In this document: positions 10,077-19,257 of the stretch, in pieces
How positions within the stretch are numbered: the first letter of the stretch is position 1
Layout: each line of letters begins with the position of its first letter
Program-made: the position numbers and the translations under genes
Notes under the pieces: model-generated
The model's database searches: none
The model's input: the letters and a program-made list of their open reading frames with translations, nothing else
What the model was told of the DNA's origin: nothing
Origin: an uncultured bacterium
Lineage (GTDB): Bacteria > Planctomycetota > UBA8108 > UBA1146
DNA length: 64,000 bases
Direction: 5' to 3'
NCBI GenBank assembly: GCA_913056395.1
Contig: CAJXMG010000002.1
Span: 17,353 to 81,352, forward strand

Positions 10077-11042
10077 TCAGCTCAAATCTCGGAAGAGATC
10101 CAAAAAGCGATCTTCGTATAACTTAAAAACTCCCAAACGATCCAACTCCGCTTTCAGAAGTGGAGTCTGACTCCGATCAAATTTGGCTCTGGAAAAAAAG
10201 TTTTCCAGTTCATCGATTTCACCTTTGGTGAGATTTCGCTCTGTTGCTGAATCGTACTCTTGTCCCTCTGACTCAAAATGAAACCCATTTTCTGAATCCC
10301 AGGGCTCCCCAGACTCATGAGAAAATGCATCTCGCAATGCAGCCATCTTCTCTTCAAGAGCCAAGATCTGACCATTCAAATGATCGAAATTGAGGCGGAT
10401 CGACATCAAAGAACAAAATGTTTTTAGCAGGGCGCGTGTCGCTTTCGGATTGGGTGAGTGGAGTCCCCAAACAGGAATCTCTGAAACCAGGCAAGTGCCT
10501 TTTAAACCCATTTCCTGTGCCGCAAGCAGAATGAGACCGTTCAATCCCACAACACGCTCAGATCGAAGAGGAGGTATACCCGCTTTCGCCAATTCTTCGC
10601 CACTGTGGAAATCAGTGGTCCCAAATCGAACGACAGGCTCATCTTCCGGCTCCAAAATGCCTGAGACTGCTGCGAAGGTCATCACTGCTTGAATCCCAAA
10701 GGTAGACATTGCGGTCCTGATGACAGACCTCGCCAAATCCAATGGTTTATCAAGAGTCTGGGTATCAGGAATGAATAGGATCAACTCCTGATTCGCAGCC
10801 GAACGAACCCTCTGAAAAATCAGCTTTGGAAGGTTCCCCTGAAAAATCAGGCCATTTCTGATCTGAATATCTTCCAACTCAAAATGCGGATCAGGGTTGA
10901 GGGCGGAAACACTTTCAGACTGAAGTCCCTGAGAGAGTGCCCTGACACAGGAAGAGGCAACCCCTCCCAATCCAGGCCAACCCACAACCAAAATAGGTGC
11001 ATTCTTTGATTTGGAGGGTTCTCCAAACGAAAAATCGCTCAT
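10077..11042 (-). CDS. PAC2-family protein (proteasome-assembly-chaperone-like fold)
   Basis: N-terminal PILVVGWPGLGGVASS resembles bacterial PAC2-family proteins. Confidence 0.45.
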   Translation of the reverse strand: MSDFSFGEPSKSKNAPILVVGWPGLGGVASSCVRALSQGLQSESVSALNPDPHFELEDIQIRNGLIFQGNLPKLIFQRVRSAANQELILFIPDTQTLDKPLDLARSVIRTAMSTFGIQAVMTFAAVSGILEPEDEPVVRFGTTDFHSGEELAKAGIPPLRSERVVGLNGLILLAAQEMGLKGTCLVSEIPVWGLHSPNPKATRALLKTFCSLMSIRLNFDHLNGQILALEEKMAALRDAFSHESGEPWDSENGFHFESEGQEYDSATERNLTKGEIDELENFFSRAKFDRSQTPLLKAELDRLGVFKLYEDRFLDLFRDLS

Positions 11043-11226
11043 AAGTAACCTTATATATCGTCACTTCGAATTAAATAAAGTGGACAAGTGGGGCCAATTG
11101 CCCCTCTGCCACCTAGATAGTAACCCTTCGGAGCCTTATTTCAAATCATCGATCAGTCCAACGGTCAATAACACGATTAGAACACATATGACAGGTTTGT
11201 CAGTTTAGACAGGCCAACTATCAGCT

Positions 11227-12075
11227 TCACCAATTCATGCTCAGGATGACCAAAAGCACCCAAAGAGGAATAATCCAACGTGGCCATATTGATTTGAGAA
11301 CGACTTCCACCGGATCTCTTCCCCGTTCATGAACGACCAGTTCCCTGAAGTAGAGGATCAATCCGAATGCAACAACGATAACACTCCACCACCAGCTCTC
11401 GGATTTGAACAGATCTGAGTTCATGCAATACCACAGATAGGTGATCCAGCAAGCCGCCATCGTCAGAGCAAGACTACGTGCGAGCACAGACCGAGAGTAC
11501 CCTGCCAGACTCGGGCGATAATCAGGTCCATACCCCCGAGCCAACTCCGAATACCTCTTCCCCAACGCCAAGTTCAATGCCAGCAAAAAGCCGGTTACGT
11601 ATAACATCCCACTGGCTTTGACCAGTACCAGAGAGCAACCCAATGTGAGTCGGACCAGAAAGAAACTTGCCAGAAACAGGACATCCAACCACGGCTTGGA
11701 ACGGGCCCATACGGTATAGAGGATGTTTCCGGCAAGATATGCACCACCGAGTAACCATGTTTCCGGAGCAAAAGGTGATAGTAGTCCGGGAATAGAGAGA
11801 AGGGCCAGTCCTGACAGAGAGACGAATGCCCCCCAAATGGAAGCCCTCCCTGGCGAGATGAGTCCTGCAGCCACCGCCCGCTGACTCTTGCTCGGATGCA
11901 ACTGGTCATTATGGCGATCATGAATGTCATTGAAAATATACACCCCTGAACTCAACAGGGAAAAACCAAGGATTCCAAGAGTCAAATTGATCGGATCCGG
12001 ATCCCCGCCGGAGGCCATGGCAAATGGCAAGGGCAAGAGAATGAAGAGACTCTTGATCCAATGCGTGAGTCGCAT
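11227..12075 (-). CDS. UbiA-family prenyltransferase resembling decaprenyl-phosphate phosphoribosyltransferase (DPPRS, Rv3806c-like)
   Basis: NDIHDRHNDQLHPSKSQRAVAAG matches the NDxxDxxxD...HPxK..RPxAAG core of DPPRS, and several transmembrane helices are present. The start was moved to MRLTHW because the track start at 12288 would overlap the divergent queG. Confidence 0.65.
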   Translation of the reverse strand: MRLTHWIKSLFILLPLPFAMASGGDPDPINLTLGILGFSLLSSGVYIFNDIHDRHNDQLHPSKSQRAVAAGLISPGRASIWGAFVSLSGLALLSIPGLLSPFAPETWLLGGAYLAGNILYTVWARSKPWLDVLFLASFFLVRLTLGCSLVLVKASGMLYVTGFLLALNLALGKRYSELARGYGPDYRPSLAGYSRSVLARSLALTMAACWITYLWYCMNSDLFKSESWWWSVIVVAFGLILYFRELVVHERGRDPVEVVLKSIWPRWIIPLWVLLVILSMNW

Positions 12076-12198
12076 CAATCCAATGTAGGGTCCCAAACTG
12101 AAAGACCGAGAATCGGAGTCTGCTTGTGGCTCAGAAACACCTGTCAAAATCAGGCTCTCCCTTCTCCAAAACGGCTCTATCTCGGTTACCATTCCTGA

Positions 12199-13167
12199 AT
12201 GGAAGAGCCCATGATACCCGCAACGGATACCGGTGAAAATTCCGAGCTCGCTGACATCAATGCCGCTGCTCTCAAAATCGGCTTTCACTCAGTGGGAGTT
12301 GCCAGAGCCGGTGAGTCACCCCATGCCGACCGCTTTCGCCAGTGGGTTGATCAGGGCATGCACGCAGGCATGAAATGGATGCAATCCAACAAGGAAAGAC
12401 GCTGCGATCCCACCCTTACAGTCGATGGCGCACAAAGCGTTATCATGGTCACCTTGCCCTACCCTGACGACCCGGAGCTTTCCGAGGGAGCACCCAAAAT
12501 CGCCAGATATGCCCGCGGCCGGGATTATCACAAAGTGATGAAACCGATGCTCAAGGCCCTCTGCGAGGCTGTTTCCCAGAATGGAAAATGGCAAACGTGG
12601 TACTGCGTCGATTCCTCTCCAATTCTGGAACGGGATTGGGCTGAACTTTCTGGTTTGGGCTGGATTGGTAAAAATGGCCTGATCATCGACGAGAAATTCG
12701 GCAGTTGGTTCTTTTTGGGAGGAATCGTCACCGATCGTCCTTTGCCTACGACTTCACCGGTGACTGACCGCTGTGGTACCTGCACCCGCTGCCTCGACGC
12801 TTGCCCCACTTCTGCAATCGTTGAACCCCGCACGGTCGATGCACGGAAATGCATCTCCTACTGGACCATCGAACACCGAGGCGAGTTTCCAGAAAATATA
12901 AAATTACATGGCTGGCTATTCGGGTGTGATATTTGCCAAGAGGTCTGTCCCTGGAATCATCGCCCTGTCCGCATCAAATCCCGAGTTCATTCAGACCTGA
13001 AACCTGGAAAATCCGTTGCCTCTTGCAAGGATGTTCTCAATCTCGACAGGGATGGATTTCTGAACATATACGCGGGAACCCCCCTCACGCGCACAGGCCT
13101 GGAGGGATTGCAGAGAAATGCCCAACGTATTCTCCAGGAGAGCAACCGGGAAGAAGACCGAACTTGA
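12199..13167 (+). CDS. queG: Epoxyqueuosine reductase QueG
   Basis: CGTCTRCLDACPTSAI and FGCDICQEVCPWN ferredoxin motifs plus the YWTIEHRG region. Confidence 0.85.
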   Translation: MEEPMIPATDTGENSELADINAAALKIGFHSVGVARAGESPHADRFRQWVDQGMHAGMKWMQSNKERRCDPTLTVDGAQSVIMVTLPYPDDPELSEGAPKIARYARGRDYHKVMKPMLKALCEAVSQNGKWQTWYCVDSSPILERDWAELSGLGWIGKNGLIIDEKFGSWFFLGGIVTDRPLPTTSPVTDRCGTCTRCLDACPTSAIVEPRTVDARKCISYWTIEHRGEFPENIKLHGWLFGCDICQEVCPWNHRPVRIKSRVHSDLKPGKSVASCKDVLNLDRDGFLNIYAGTPLTRTGLEGLQRNAQRILQESNREEDRT

Positions 13168-13205
13168 GATCCCTGAGTTCTCCCAGCCAACTCTTCAATG
13201 GCACG

Positions 13206-13733
13206 ATGACCACTCATGGGCTGATTGCCCTGGTGTCCGTCACCTTTCTGCTGGGCCTGAATGGTCCTCAATATTTTCTGATTGACTCTTTTCCCCACCT
13301 GTTTCAGTCGTTGTTTTTGGGAGCACTGGCCGGAGCTGCACTCCAGGTTGTGCAATGGCTGGCGCGAAAGACCCTTCGTGCCATCCGTAACTTGAGTGCC
13401 TTGCTGGAAACACAATTTGAGGGTTGGACATTACGGGAGATTTTCTTCGTCGCATTGATCTCCTCCATCTCGGAAGAGTTACTCTTCAGAGCTCTGATAC
13501 AGCCCTACCTCGGCTTGTGGTTGACCAGTGTCATCTTCGGACTGGCACACTGGACCGGTGTCAGGGAACTTCGTATCTGGGTACCGCTGGCGATTCTCGG
13601 TGGACTTTTTCTCGGTGTACTTGCGGAGTCTTCCCGGTTCGGAATCCCTGGCAGCGTTGCCGCACATTTCACCATTAACCTGACCAGCCTCTGGATTCTC
13701 ACCCATAAACCAGGAAGCCCGGAAACTTCTTGA
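13206..13733 (+). CDS. CPBP-family intramembrane metalloprotease (CAAX protease / Abi)
   Basis: EELLFRALIQPYL (EExxxR) and FGLAHW motifs. The start was moved to MTTHG just after the queG stop. Confidence 0.7.
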   Translation: MTTHGLIALVSVTFLLGLNGPQYFLIDSFPHLFQSLFLGALAGAALQVVQWLARKTLRAIRNLSALLETQFEGWTLREIFFVALISSISEELLFRALIQPYLGLWLTSVIFGLAHWTGVRELRIWVPLAILGGLFLGVLAESSRFGIPGSVAAHFTINLTSLWILTHKPGSPETS

Positions 13734-13744
13734 TACCACCGACA

Positions 13745-13780
13745 ATCCGCTTGGCTCTCTGAAGCGGATTATTTATGTAA
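13745..13780 (+). terminator. Candidate intrinsic terminator after the CPBP gene
   Basis: atccgctt ... aagcggat, an 8-bp stem with a 9-nt loop, followed by a T-rich attatttatgtaattt. Confidence 0.4.
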
Positions 13781-13924
13781 TTTGCCCTGATTCCGTGGAT
13801 ATCAAGGGTTAATCGGTCGCTTGACTCCCCTCAATTTTGAATGGATGATGCCGATTGGCTGACACGTTTCTTTCGGAACAAAGTTGAGCCGGGCTTTTCT
13901 TGAGGAGGGAATGGGGGAGGATTT

Positions 13925-14323
13925 ATGGTCATCAAGCGCATCGACCCTGACAAGGCTCACGATCTGTTGCAGTCCGATCAGGGATTCCAATATCTCGATG
14001 TTCGCATGCCTGAGGAATTTGCCGAAGGTCATGTCCCTGATTCGACCAACATTCCCATCATGATCCGTGGAGATGGAGGCGTCGGCCTGCGAATGAACCC
14101 CGAGTTCGTCGATTGCGTCGAAGCAGAATTCCAGCCAGACACCAAGATCATTCTCGGATGTCAAAAGGGGGGTCGCTCTCAAAAGGCGGCGGATCTTCTC
14201 TCCGAAAAAGGGTTCAGCAATCTGCATGACATGCGCGGGGGATATGTAGGTGAAACTGATGTGCTCGGGAACATCACCTTTCCAGGCTGGAACTCCCGAG
14301 GGTTGCCCACCACTCGAAAATGA
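13925..14323 (+). CDS. Single-domain rhodanese-like sulfurtransferase
   Basis: Active-site loop CQKGGRS (CxxGxR) and rhodanese fold signatures. Confidence 0.75.
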   Translation: MVIKRIDPDKAHDLLQSDQGFQYLDVRMPEEFAEGHVPDSTNIPIMIRGDGGVGLRMNPEFVDCVEAEFQPDTKIILGCQKGGRSQKAADLLSEKGFSNLHDMRGGYVGETDVLGNITFPGWNSRGLPTTRK

Positions 14324-14350
14324 TCGTTCACTGAGAATTCTCCACGAATC

Positions 14351-15160
14351 TCAGGCGTCACATTCTCCAGCCTGATGGCCAGGTGAAAGTATTTTCGAGA
14401 ACATCTTTCTGGAAACGATTCCAACCAACCAGCGAGGGGCGAACCTTACCAGAAAAAGCAGCATGCGGTTTCGCCAGCCAGCGACCACAACTCCTCGGTC
14501 ACTCAACAGGCCCCTAATTGCTTCGCCCGCGACATCTTCGGGACTCATCTGCCCTGCCCTAATGTGGTCTTCAGATATTCCTGCCGTCTTGAAAAAGGAA
14601 GTTTGTGTTACCCCGGGTGCCAAAAGCAGAATCCTGATCGGTTGATCCTTCATTTCCCAATTCAGACTTTCCGCAAAACGATTTACGAATCCCTTGGTAC
14701 CGCTATAGGCTGCCATTCCCGGACCACCCGCATAGCCGATCAAGGATCCGACCAGAAGGATAAAGCCTCTTTCTCGGTCCTTCATCGATTGGAGAAGAGT
14801 ATGACTCAAGCGGGTCAATGCCTGACAGTTGAGATAGATCATTCGATCCTGATCCTCCACTGACAGGTCCTCGAATCTCCCCCCCAGACCGACTCCGGCA
14901 TTGTTGACGAGACCGTCAACATCTTCGCCTGAGATTTCTGACAACAGTTGATCAACTCCTTCGGAGGTCGCCAAATCCGCGACTACCAGGCGGCATGGAA
15001 CCTTGCAGCGCTGTGCCGTCTCCTCCAGTCGACTCTTGTTACGCCCTGCGAGAATCAGGGATCCTGCCCCATTTTGAGCCAACTTGACTGCCAACTCCGC
15101 TCCGATCCCATCACTGGCCCCGGTGACCAGCACATTCATTCCTGAAAGATATGAAGACAT
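14351..15160 (-). CDS. SDR-family oxidoreductase
   Basis: VLVTGASDGIG (TGxxxGIG cofactor motif). The start is uncertain, either MSSY at 15160 or MNVL at 15139. Confidence 0.75.
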   Translation of the reverse strand: MSSYLSGMNVLVTGASDGIGAELAVKLAQNGAGSLILAGRNKSRLEETAQRCKVPCRLVVADLATSEGVDQLLSEISGEDVDGLVNNAGVGLGGRFEDLSVEDQDRMIYLNCQALTRLSHTLLQSMKDRERGFILLVGSLIGYAGGPGMAAYSGTKGFVNRFAESLNWEMKDQPIRILLLAPGVTQTSFFKTAGISEDHIRAGQMSPEDVAGEAIRGLLSDRGVVVAGWRNRMLLFLVRFAPRWLVGIVSRKMFSKILSPGHQAGECDA

Positions 15161-15284
15161 TCGATCCCTCCACATTTGGATCAGGGCGGCGATTCACGGC
15201 AAATTGACGACTTGTCAGGCTCTCTTGACAAAAAATCCGTAATTTGCGGCAATTGGTGCGCCAGCATTAAGGAGTTGATTCCAC

Positions 15285-15974
15285 ATGAGCACCCATGTTC
15301 CCGATTTGATGATCACCATCATCTCAGGAGCTTCCATCCTACCTGAGTGGTTCGACGGCACCAGAGCACTCAACAACCTTCAGGCTTTCTGGCAGCAGTG
15401 TAACTGGATTGACATCGTCATCCTGCTCGGAATGCTTGCAGGTTTGTTCACGGGGGCTGGTCTCGGCTTTTATCGCTCGACGGCTTTGCTCTTCGGTTCA
15501 ACCACAGGTGCCTTCATGGCCTTTCAGTTTTCCAAGCCCTTCTCCCATACCCCACTGTTTTCATCCGTCGGAGTTGAACTGGGCCCCCTGGGAGCACAGA
15601 TCCTCGCGGGTCTTGCGATCTTCGCCGGATCCGTCTTTTCAACGATGCTGATCACCTATTTCTTTCGCAGCCACTTTGACAGAACTCTTAAAACTTGCGA
15701 TGGAGTTCTTGGGGCATTGATGGGCGGAGGGATCGCAGGTCTCGTCTTTGGATTGATCCTCCTCGGGGTCTTTCAATGGCCCGACGGACAGATTCACCAA
15801 CCGATTCGGGATTCGGTCATCGGTGTTCCTCTCGCAGAGGCGACCGGGACCCTTGACCACTTCTTTCCCACCGATTTTCGCGATCGCTTCCAACTGACTC
15901 TTTCAGAATCATTGGAAGCCAAGGCCCAAATCGTGCCAGCAACCGTGGATCTGCAAGAGACACGACCTCGCTGA
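15285..15974 (+). CDS. Integral membrane protein, CvpA-like
   Basis: Four or five predicted hydrophobic helices, Gly-rich. Confidence 0.35.
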   Translation: MSTHVPDLMITIISGASILPEWFDGTRALNNLQAFWQQCNWIDIVILLGMLAGLFTGAGLGFYRSTALLFGSTTGAFMAFQFSKPFSHTPLFSSVGVELGPLGAQILAGLAIFAGSVFSTMLITYFFRSHFDRTLKTCDGVLGALMGGGIAGLVFGLILLGVFQWPDGQIHQPIRDSVIGVPLAEATGTLDHFFPTDFRDRFQLTLSESLEAKAQIVPATVDLQETRPR

Positions 15975-16043
15975 CGCTATTGTTCCTGTCTTTCTCAGGG
16001 TCGTATACACTGATCATGGTCACCAAGCCGGCAAAGGTCCCCC

Positions 16044-17948
16044 ATGATTCCGATCCCAATTGCTTCTGTCCAAAAAAGAGCTTCACAAAAAGTCGTCCGC
16101 CCCTGGCTCCAGCTTTCCCTGATATTCCTTTTTTGGGTAACGCTGCTTCCCCTGTCTGGAACTGGCAGGCTTTTTTCACAGGATTTCATCCCCCCCACGA
16201 TCACTACCGCTGACCAGGTTCTGGAATCGCTCCAGGGAATTTATGACGACTTCTGGGAGTACCAACTCTCGGTAAGCCCCATGCTTGCTGCGGAGTATGG
16301 GGACGAGGAAGCTCGGGGGAAACTCCCGCAATCTGGACTGAAAACCATCGACCGTGATCTGCAAAAGTATTTCAGTTTCTTCAATGCGATGTATGCCCTG
16401 GATCTCTCACAGATTCCGGAACAGGATCGCCAGCAGGCGGAGATCCTGATCAACATCATCGAGAACAAACTGGATGGAATTCGTGTGGGTGAGCATTTGG
16501 CCCCCATCAACCAACGCAGGGGTCCGCAAGTGTGGCTTCCTCGGCTTCACAGCCAACTCCGTTTTGTCAAAACAGAGGATCATGAAAACTACCTTTCACG
16601 ACTTGAAGCGATCCCTGCCTACGTCAGTGGTGTCAGGGAAGTTCTGGAGAGAGCAGTCAGTGAAGGTTTTCTGCCTCCAAAAGCGACTCTGGTAGGGGTC
16701 CCTGAACAATTTCAGGCCTGTACTTCTCCAGCACCGACAGAGTCCCTCTTTTATGCGCCGTTCAATAAAATGCCTGCAGGCACCAGCCCCGAAGAATGGA
16801 ACCAGATTCAGAAGAGAGCTCAAAGTGTGATCGGCGACAAGGTTCAGCCCGCCCTTGCTGAACTCGCCTCTTATCTTGAGTCGACCTACATCCCCCTGGC
16901 GAGGGATTCCTTTGGAGCCTACGAATTTCCCAATGGGAATGAGTACTACAGTTTCTGCATCCGCAAACACACTTCGACCCAACTCTCTGCCATGGATATC
17001 CATCAGTTGGGCCTCCGGGAGGTCGCGAGAATCAAATCGGAGATGCAGAAGATCATCAAGGAAGTGGATTTTGACGGGGATTTTTCAGCATTTGTGCAGT
17101 TCCTTCGTGAGGACTCCCGCTTCTATCACCAATCCGCAGAAGATCTCCTGAAGGGCTATCGTGATATTTGCAAACGTGCCGATGCCATGATGCCATCCCT
17201 GTTTGGAAAATTGCCGCGGGCTCCTTACGGAGTCCGGGAAATTCCTCCCCACGAAGCCCCCCGATCGACGACCGCCTATTACATGTCCCCCCCTGCGGAT
17301 GGATCCCAACCCGGTTGGTTCTACGCCAACACCTTTGACCTGAGAAGCCGTCCGATCTACGAAATGGAAGCGTTGGCTCTCCATGAAGCAGTCCCCGGGC
17401 ATCACCACCAGTTGGCACTTCAGGGAGAAATGGAGGGGCTTCCAAACTGGAGAAAGATCACCCATTTCACGGCCTACATCGAAGGCTGGGGCCTGTACGC
17501 GGAGTCTCTCGGTGACCAAATGGGCTTTTACCAGGATCCCTACTCCCGATTTGGAAAGCTCTCCTATGAAATGTGGCGCGCTCTGAGACTCGTGGTCGAT
17601 ACCGGTATTCATCAACTGGGCTGGACCAGAGATCAGGCGATTCAGGTGATGCTGGAAAACTCTGCCCTCACTCAAAAGAATGTCGAGGCAGAAGTGGACC
17701 GATACATCGCGTGGCCGGGACAGGCGTTGGCCTACAAGGTGGGAGAACTGGAGATCCAGTCACTGGTCAAAAATGCCCGTGAAGAGTTGGGCAACGACTT
17801 TGACATTCGTGGATTCCACGACCACCTGCTCGCCGAAGGTTCGATGCCACTGGAGATTCTGCGCTCACGGATGGAATCGTGGGTACAAGAACAGAAGGCT
17901 GCTCAGGCAGCGGAGAATGGTACACGGGAAAAATCTGAGGAGGATTAG
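16044..17948 (+). CDS. DUF885-family secreted protein (putative metallopeptidase-like)
   Basis: HEAVPGHHHQ is the DUF885 hallmark, and there is an N-terminal signal peptide. Confidence 0.75.
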   Translation: MIPIPIASVQKRASQKVVRPWLQLSLIFLFWVTLLPLSGTGRLFSQDFIPPTITTADQVLESLQGIYDDFWEYQLSVSPMLAAEYGDEEARGKLPQSGLKTIDRDLQKYFSFFNAMYALDLSQIPEQDRQQAEILINIIENKLDGIRVGEHLAPINQRRGPQVWLPRLHSQLRFVKTEDHENYLSRLEAIPAYVSGVREVLERAVSEGFLPPKATLVGVPEQFQACTSPAPTESLFYAPFNKMPAGTSPEEWNQIQKRAQSVIGDKVQPALAELASYLESTYIPLARDSFGAYEFPNGNEYYSFCIRKHTSTQLSAMDIHQLGLREVARIKSEMQKIIKEVDFDGDFSAFVQFLREDSRFYHQSAEDLLKGYRDICKRADAMMPSLFGKLPRAPYGVREIPPHEAPRSTTAYYMSPPADGSQPGWFYANTFDLRSRPIYEMEALALHEAVPGHHHQLALQGEMEGLPNWRKITHFTAYIEGWGLYAESLGDQMGFYQDPYSRFGKLSYEMWRALRLVVDTGIHQLGWTRDQAIQVMLENSALTQKNVEAEVDRYIAWPGQALAYKVGELEIQSLVKNAREELGNDFDIRGFHDHLLAEGSMPLEILRSRMESWVQEQKAAQAAENGTREKSEED

Positions 17949-17953
17949 TCGGG

Positions 17954-18628
17954 TCAGCGTTGAAAAGACAGGGATTTCCCCGAATCGGCGGGTCCGAGTT
18001 GGAGAAGGAAATCCACTGCAGACTGCGCCCACTCCTCCGGTTCAACGGCAAGTGCAGCATCCGCACTTCCAAATGCCCGGCTGAGCATCTCCGTGTGAAC
18101 CACACCCGGAGAAAGAGCCACAGCCGCCAAGCCCGCAGGTAACTCCTGGGCCAGTGAGCCGATCAGTCCCTCTACTGCAAACTTGGAAGCACAATATGGG
18201 GCGACCTCCGGTGAAGTACTGCGTCCCCAGCCCGATGACAGGGCCACGAGAACCCCTCGCCCCGATTCCAGCATCTCGGGAAGAAAGGCGCAGAGTGTGT
18301 GGTGAACCCCTTTGACATTGACGTCGATCACTGAAGAGAACTCAGCGGCGGATACTTCCCAGAGAGGTGCACGAACATTCAGCAATCCGGCATTGGCGAT
18401 GACCAGATCCGGAGTGAACCCTGTTTGCCTCAGATCGTCAGCCCACTGCTTCATACCCGCTTCGTCACAGACGTCCACGGCTCTGAAATGGGGATCACCA
18501 CCCAAATCTGTGAGCAAAGAGCCCTGCCGTGCACAACCGGCCACTTCGACACCACGTTTTTGAAACTCCGCCACCAGAGCTCTGCCGATGCCCCTGCTGC
18601 AGCCGGTGACGAGAACCTGCCGTGGCAC
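17954..18628 (-). CDS. SDR-family oxidoreductase
   Basis: VLVTGCSRGIGRAL motif. Confidence 0.75.
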   Translation of the reverse strand: MPRQVLVTGCSRGIGRALVAEFQKRGVEVAGCARQGSLLTDLGGDPHFRAVDVCDEAGMKQWADDLRQTGFTPDLVIANAGLLNVRAPLWEVSAAEFSSVIDVNVKGVHHTLCAFLPEMLESGRGVLVALSSGWGRSTSPEVAPYCASKFAVEGLIGSLAQELPAGLAAVALSPGVVHTEMLSRAFGSADAALAVEPEEWAQSAVDFLLQLGPADSGKSLSFQR

Positions 18629-19242
18629 TAGTGCATCCTTGCTTCGACGGGAAGTGATCGCAGCAGATCCGCCTCGATATCTGCCGCTTCAGAGATCCTC
18701 CTGGTGACTACCGCCGGACCACACACCTGCATGGCCAAATCACGGAAGGACTCCCAATGTCGCCCCTCCGCATCCGCCAGACGCTGATAGAAATTGGCGA
18801 GATCGGGATCCGCTTCAGGCCCCGATTCAAGGGCCCGGGCGAGAACACGAAATCGTTCGCAAGAGCGGGCCTCGATAAACGCATTGACGATCAAGTGATC
18901 ACCGAGACCACCAATCCCGGATCCCTTGGCACAAAGGAGGCCACGAAGTTCTTTGACATAGGGGTCAACAGGCGGAGGCCCCAGAGAAACACCCCGCTCC
19001 TTCAGTAAATCTGTCACTTGACGGAAATGGAGCATCTCTTCCTGAACCAGCGCCACCATCGGCCGGTGCAAAAACTCATGCTCCGGAAACCGGGCCATCA
19101 ACCCGAGACCGGCACTGGCAGCCTTGTATTCACACCACGCATGATCACGAAGAACCTGATCCAGATTTGCCAGGGCCAGAGGAGCCCAATCTTCGGAAGT
19201 TTCACAGGTGAGGGGCAAACCCTCCAGCACTGGTGAGTTCAA
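18628..19242 (-). CDS. miaE: tRNA-(ms2io6A)-hydroxylase MiaE (ferritin-like diiron)
   Basis: LRDHAWCEYKAA and DHLIVNAFIEARSCERF match MiaE closely. Confidence 0.8.
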   Translation of the reverse strand: MNSPVLEGLPLTCETSEDWAPLALANLDQVLRDHAWCEYKAASAGLGLMARFPEHEFLHRPMVALVQEEMLHFRQVTDLLKERGVSLGPPPVDPYVKELRGLLCAKGSGIGGLGDHLIVNAFIEARSCERFRVLARALESGPEADPDLANFYQRLADAEGRHWESFRDLAMQVCGPAVVTRRISEAADIEADLLRSLPVEARMH

Positions 19243-19257
19243 TGTTCCTACTCCTCT

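Noticed and set aside
12076-12288. N-terminal 71-aa extension of the UbiA-family ORF
   Set aside because: It would overlap the divergent queG start by 90 nt. The homologous DPPRS N-terminus begins near MRLTHW.
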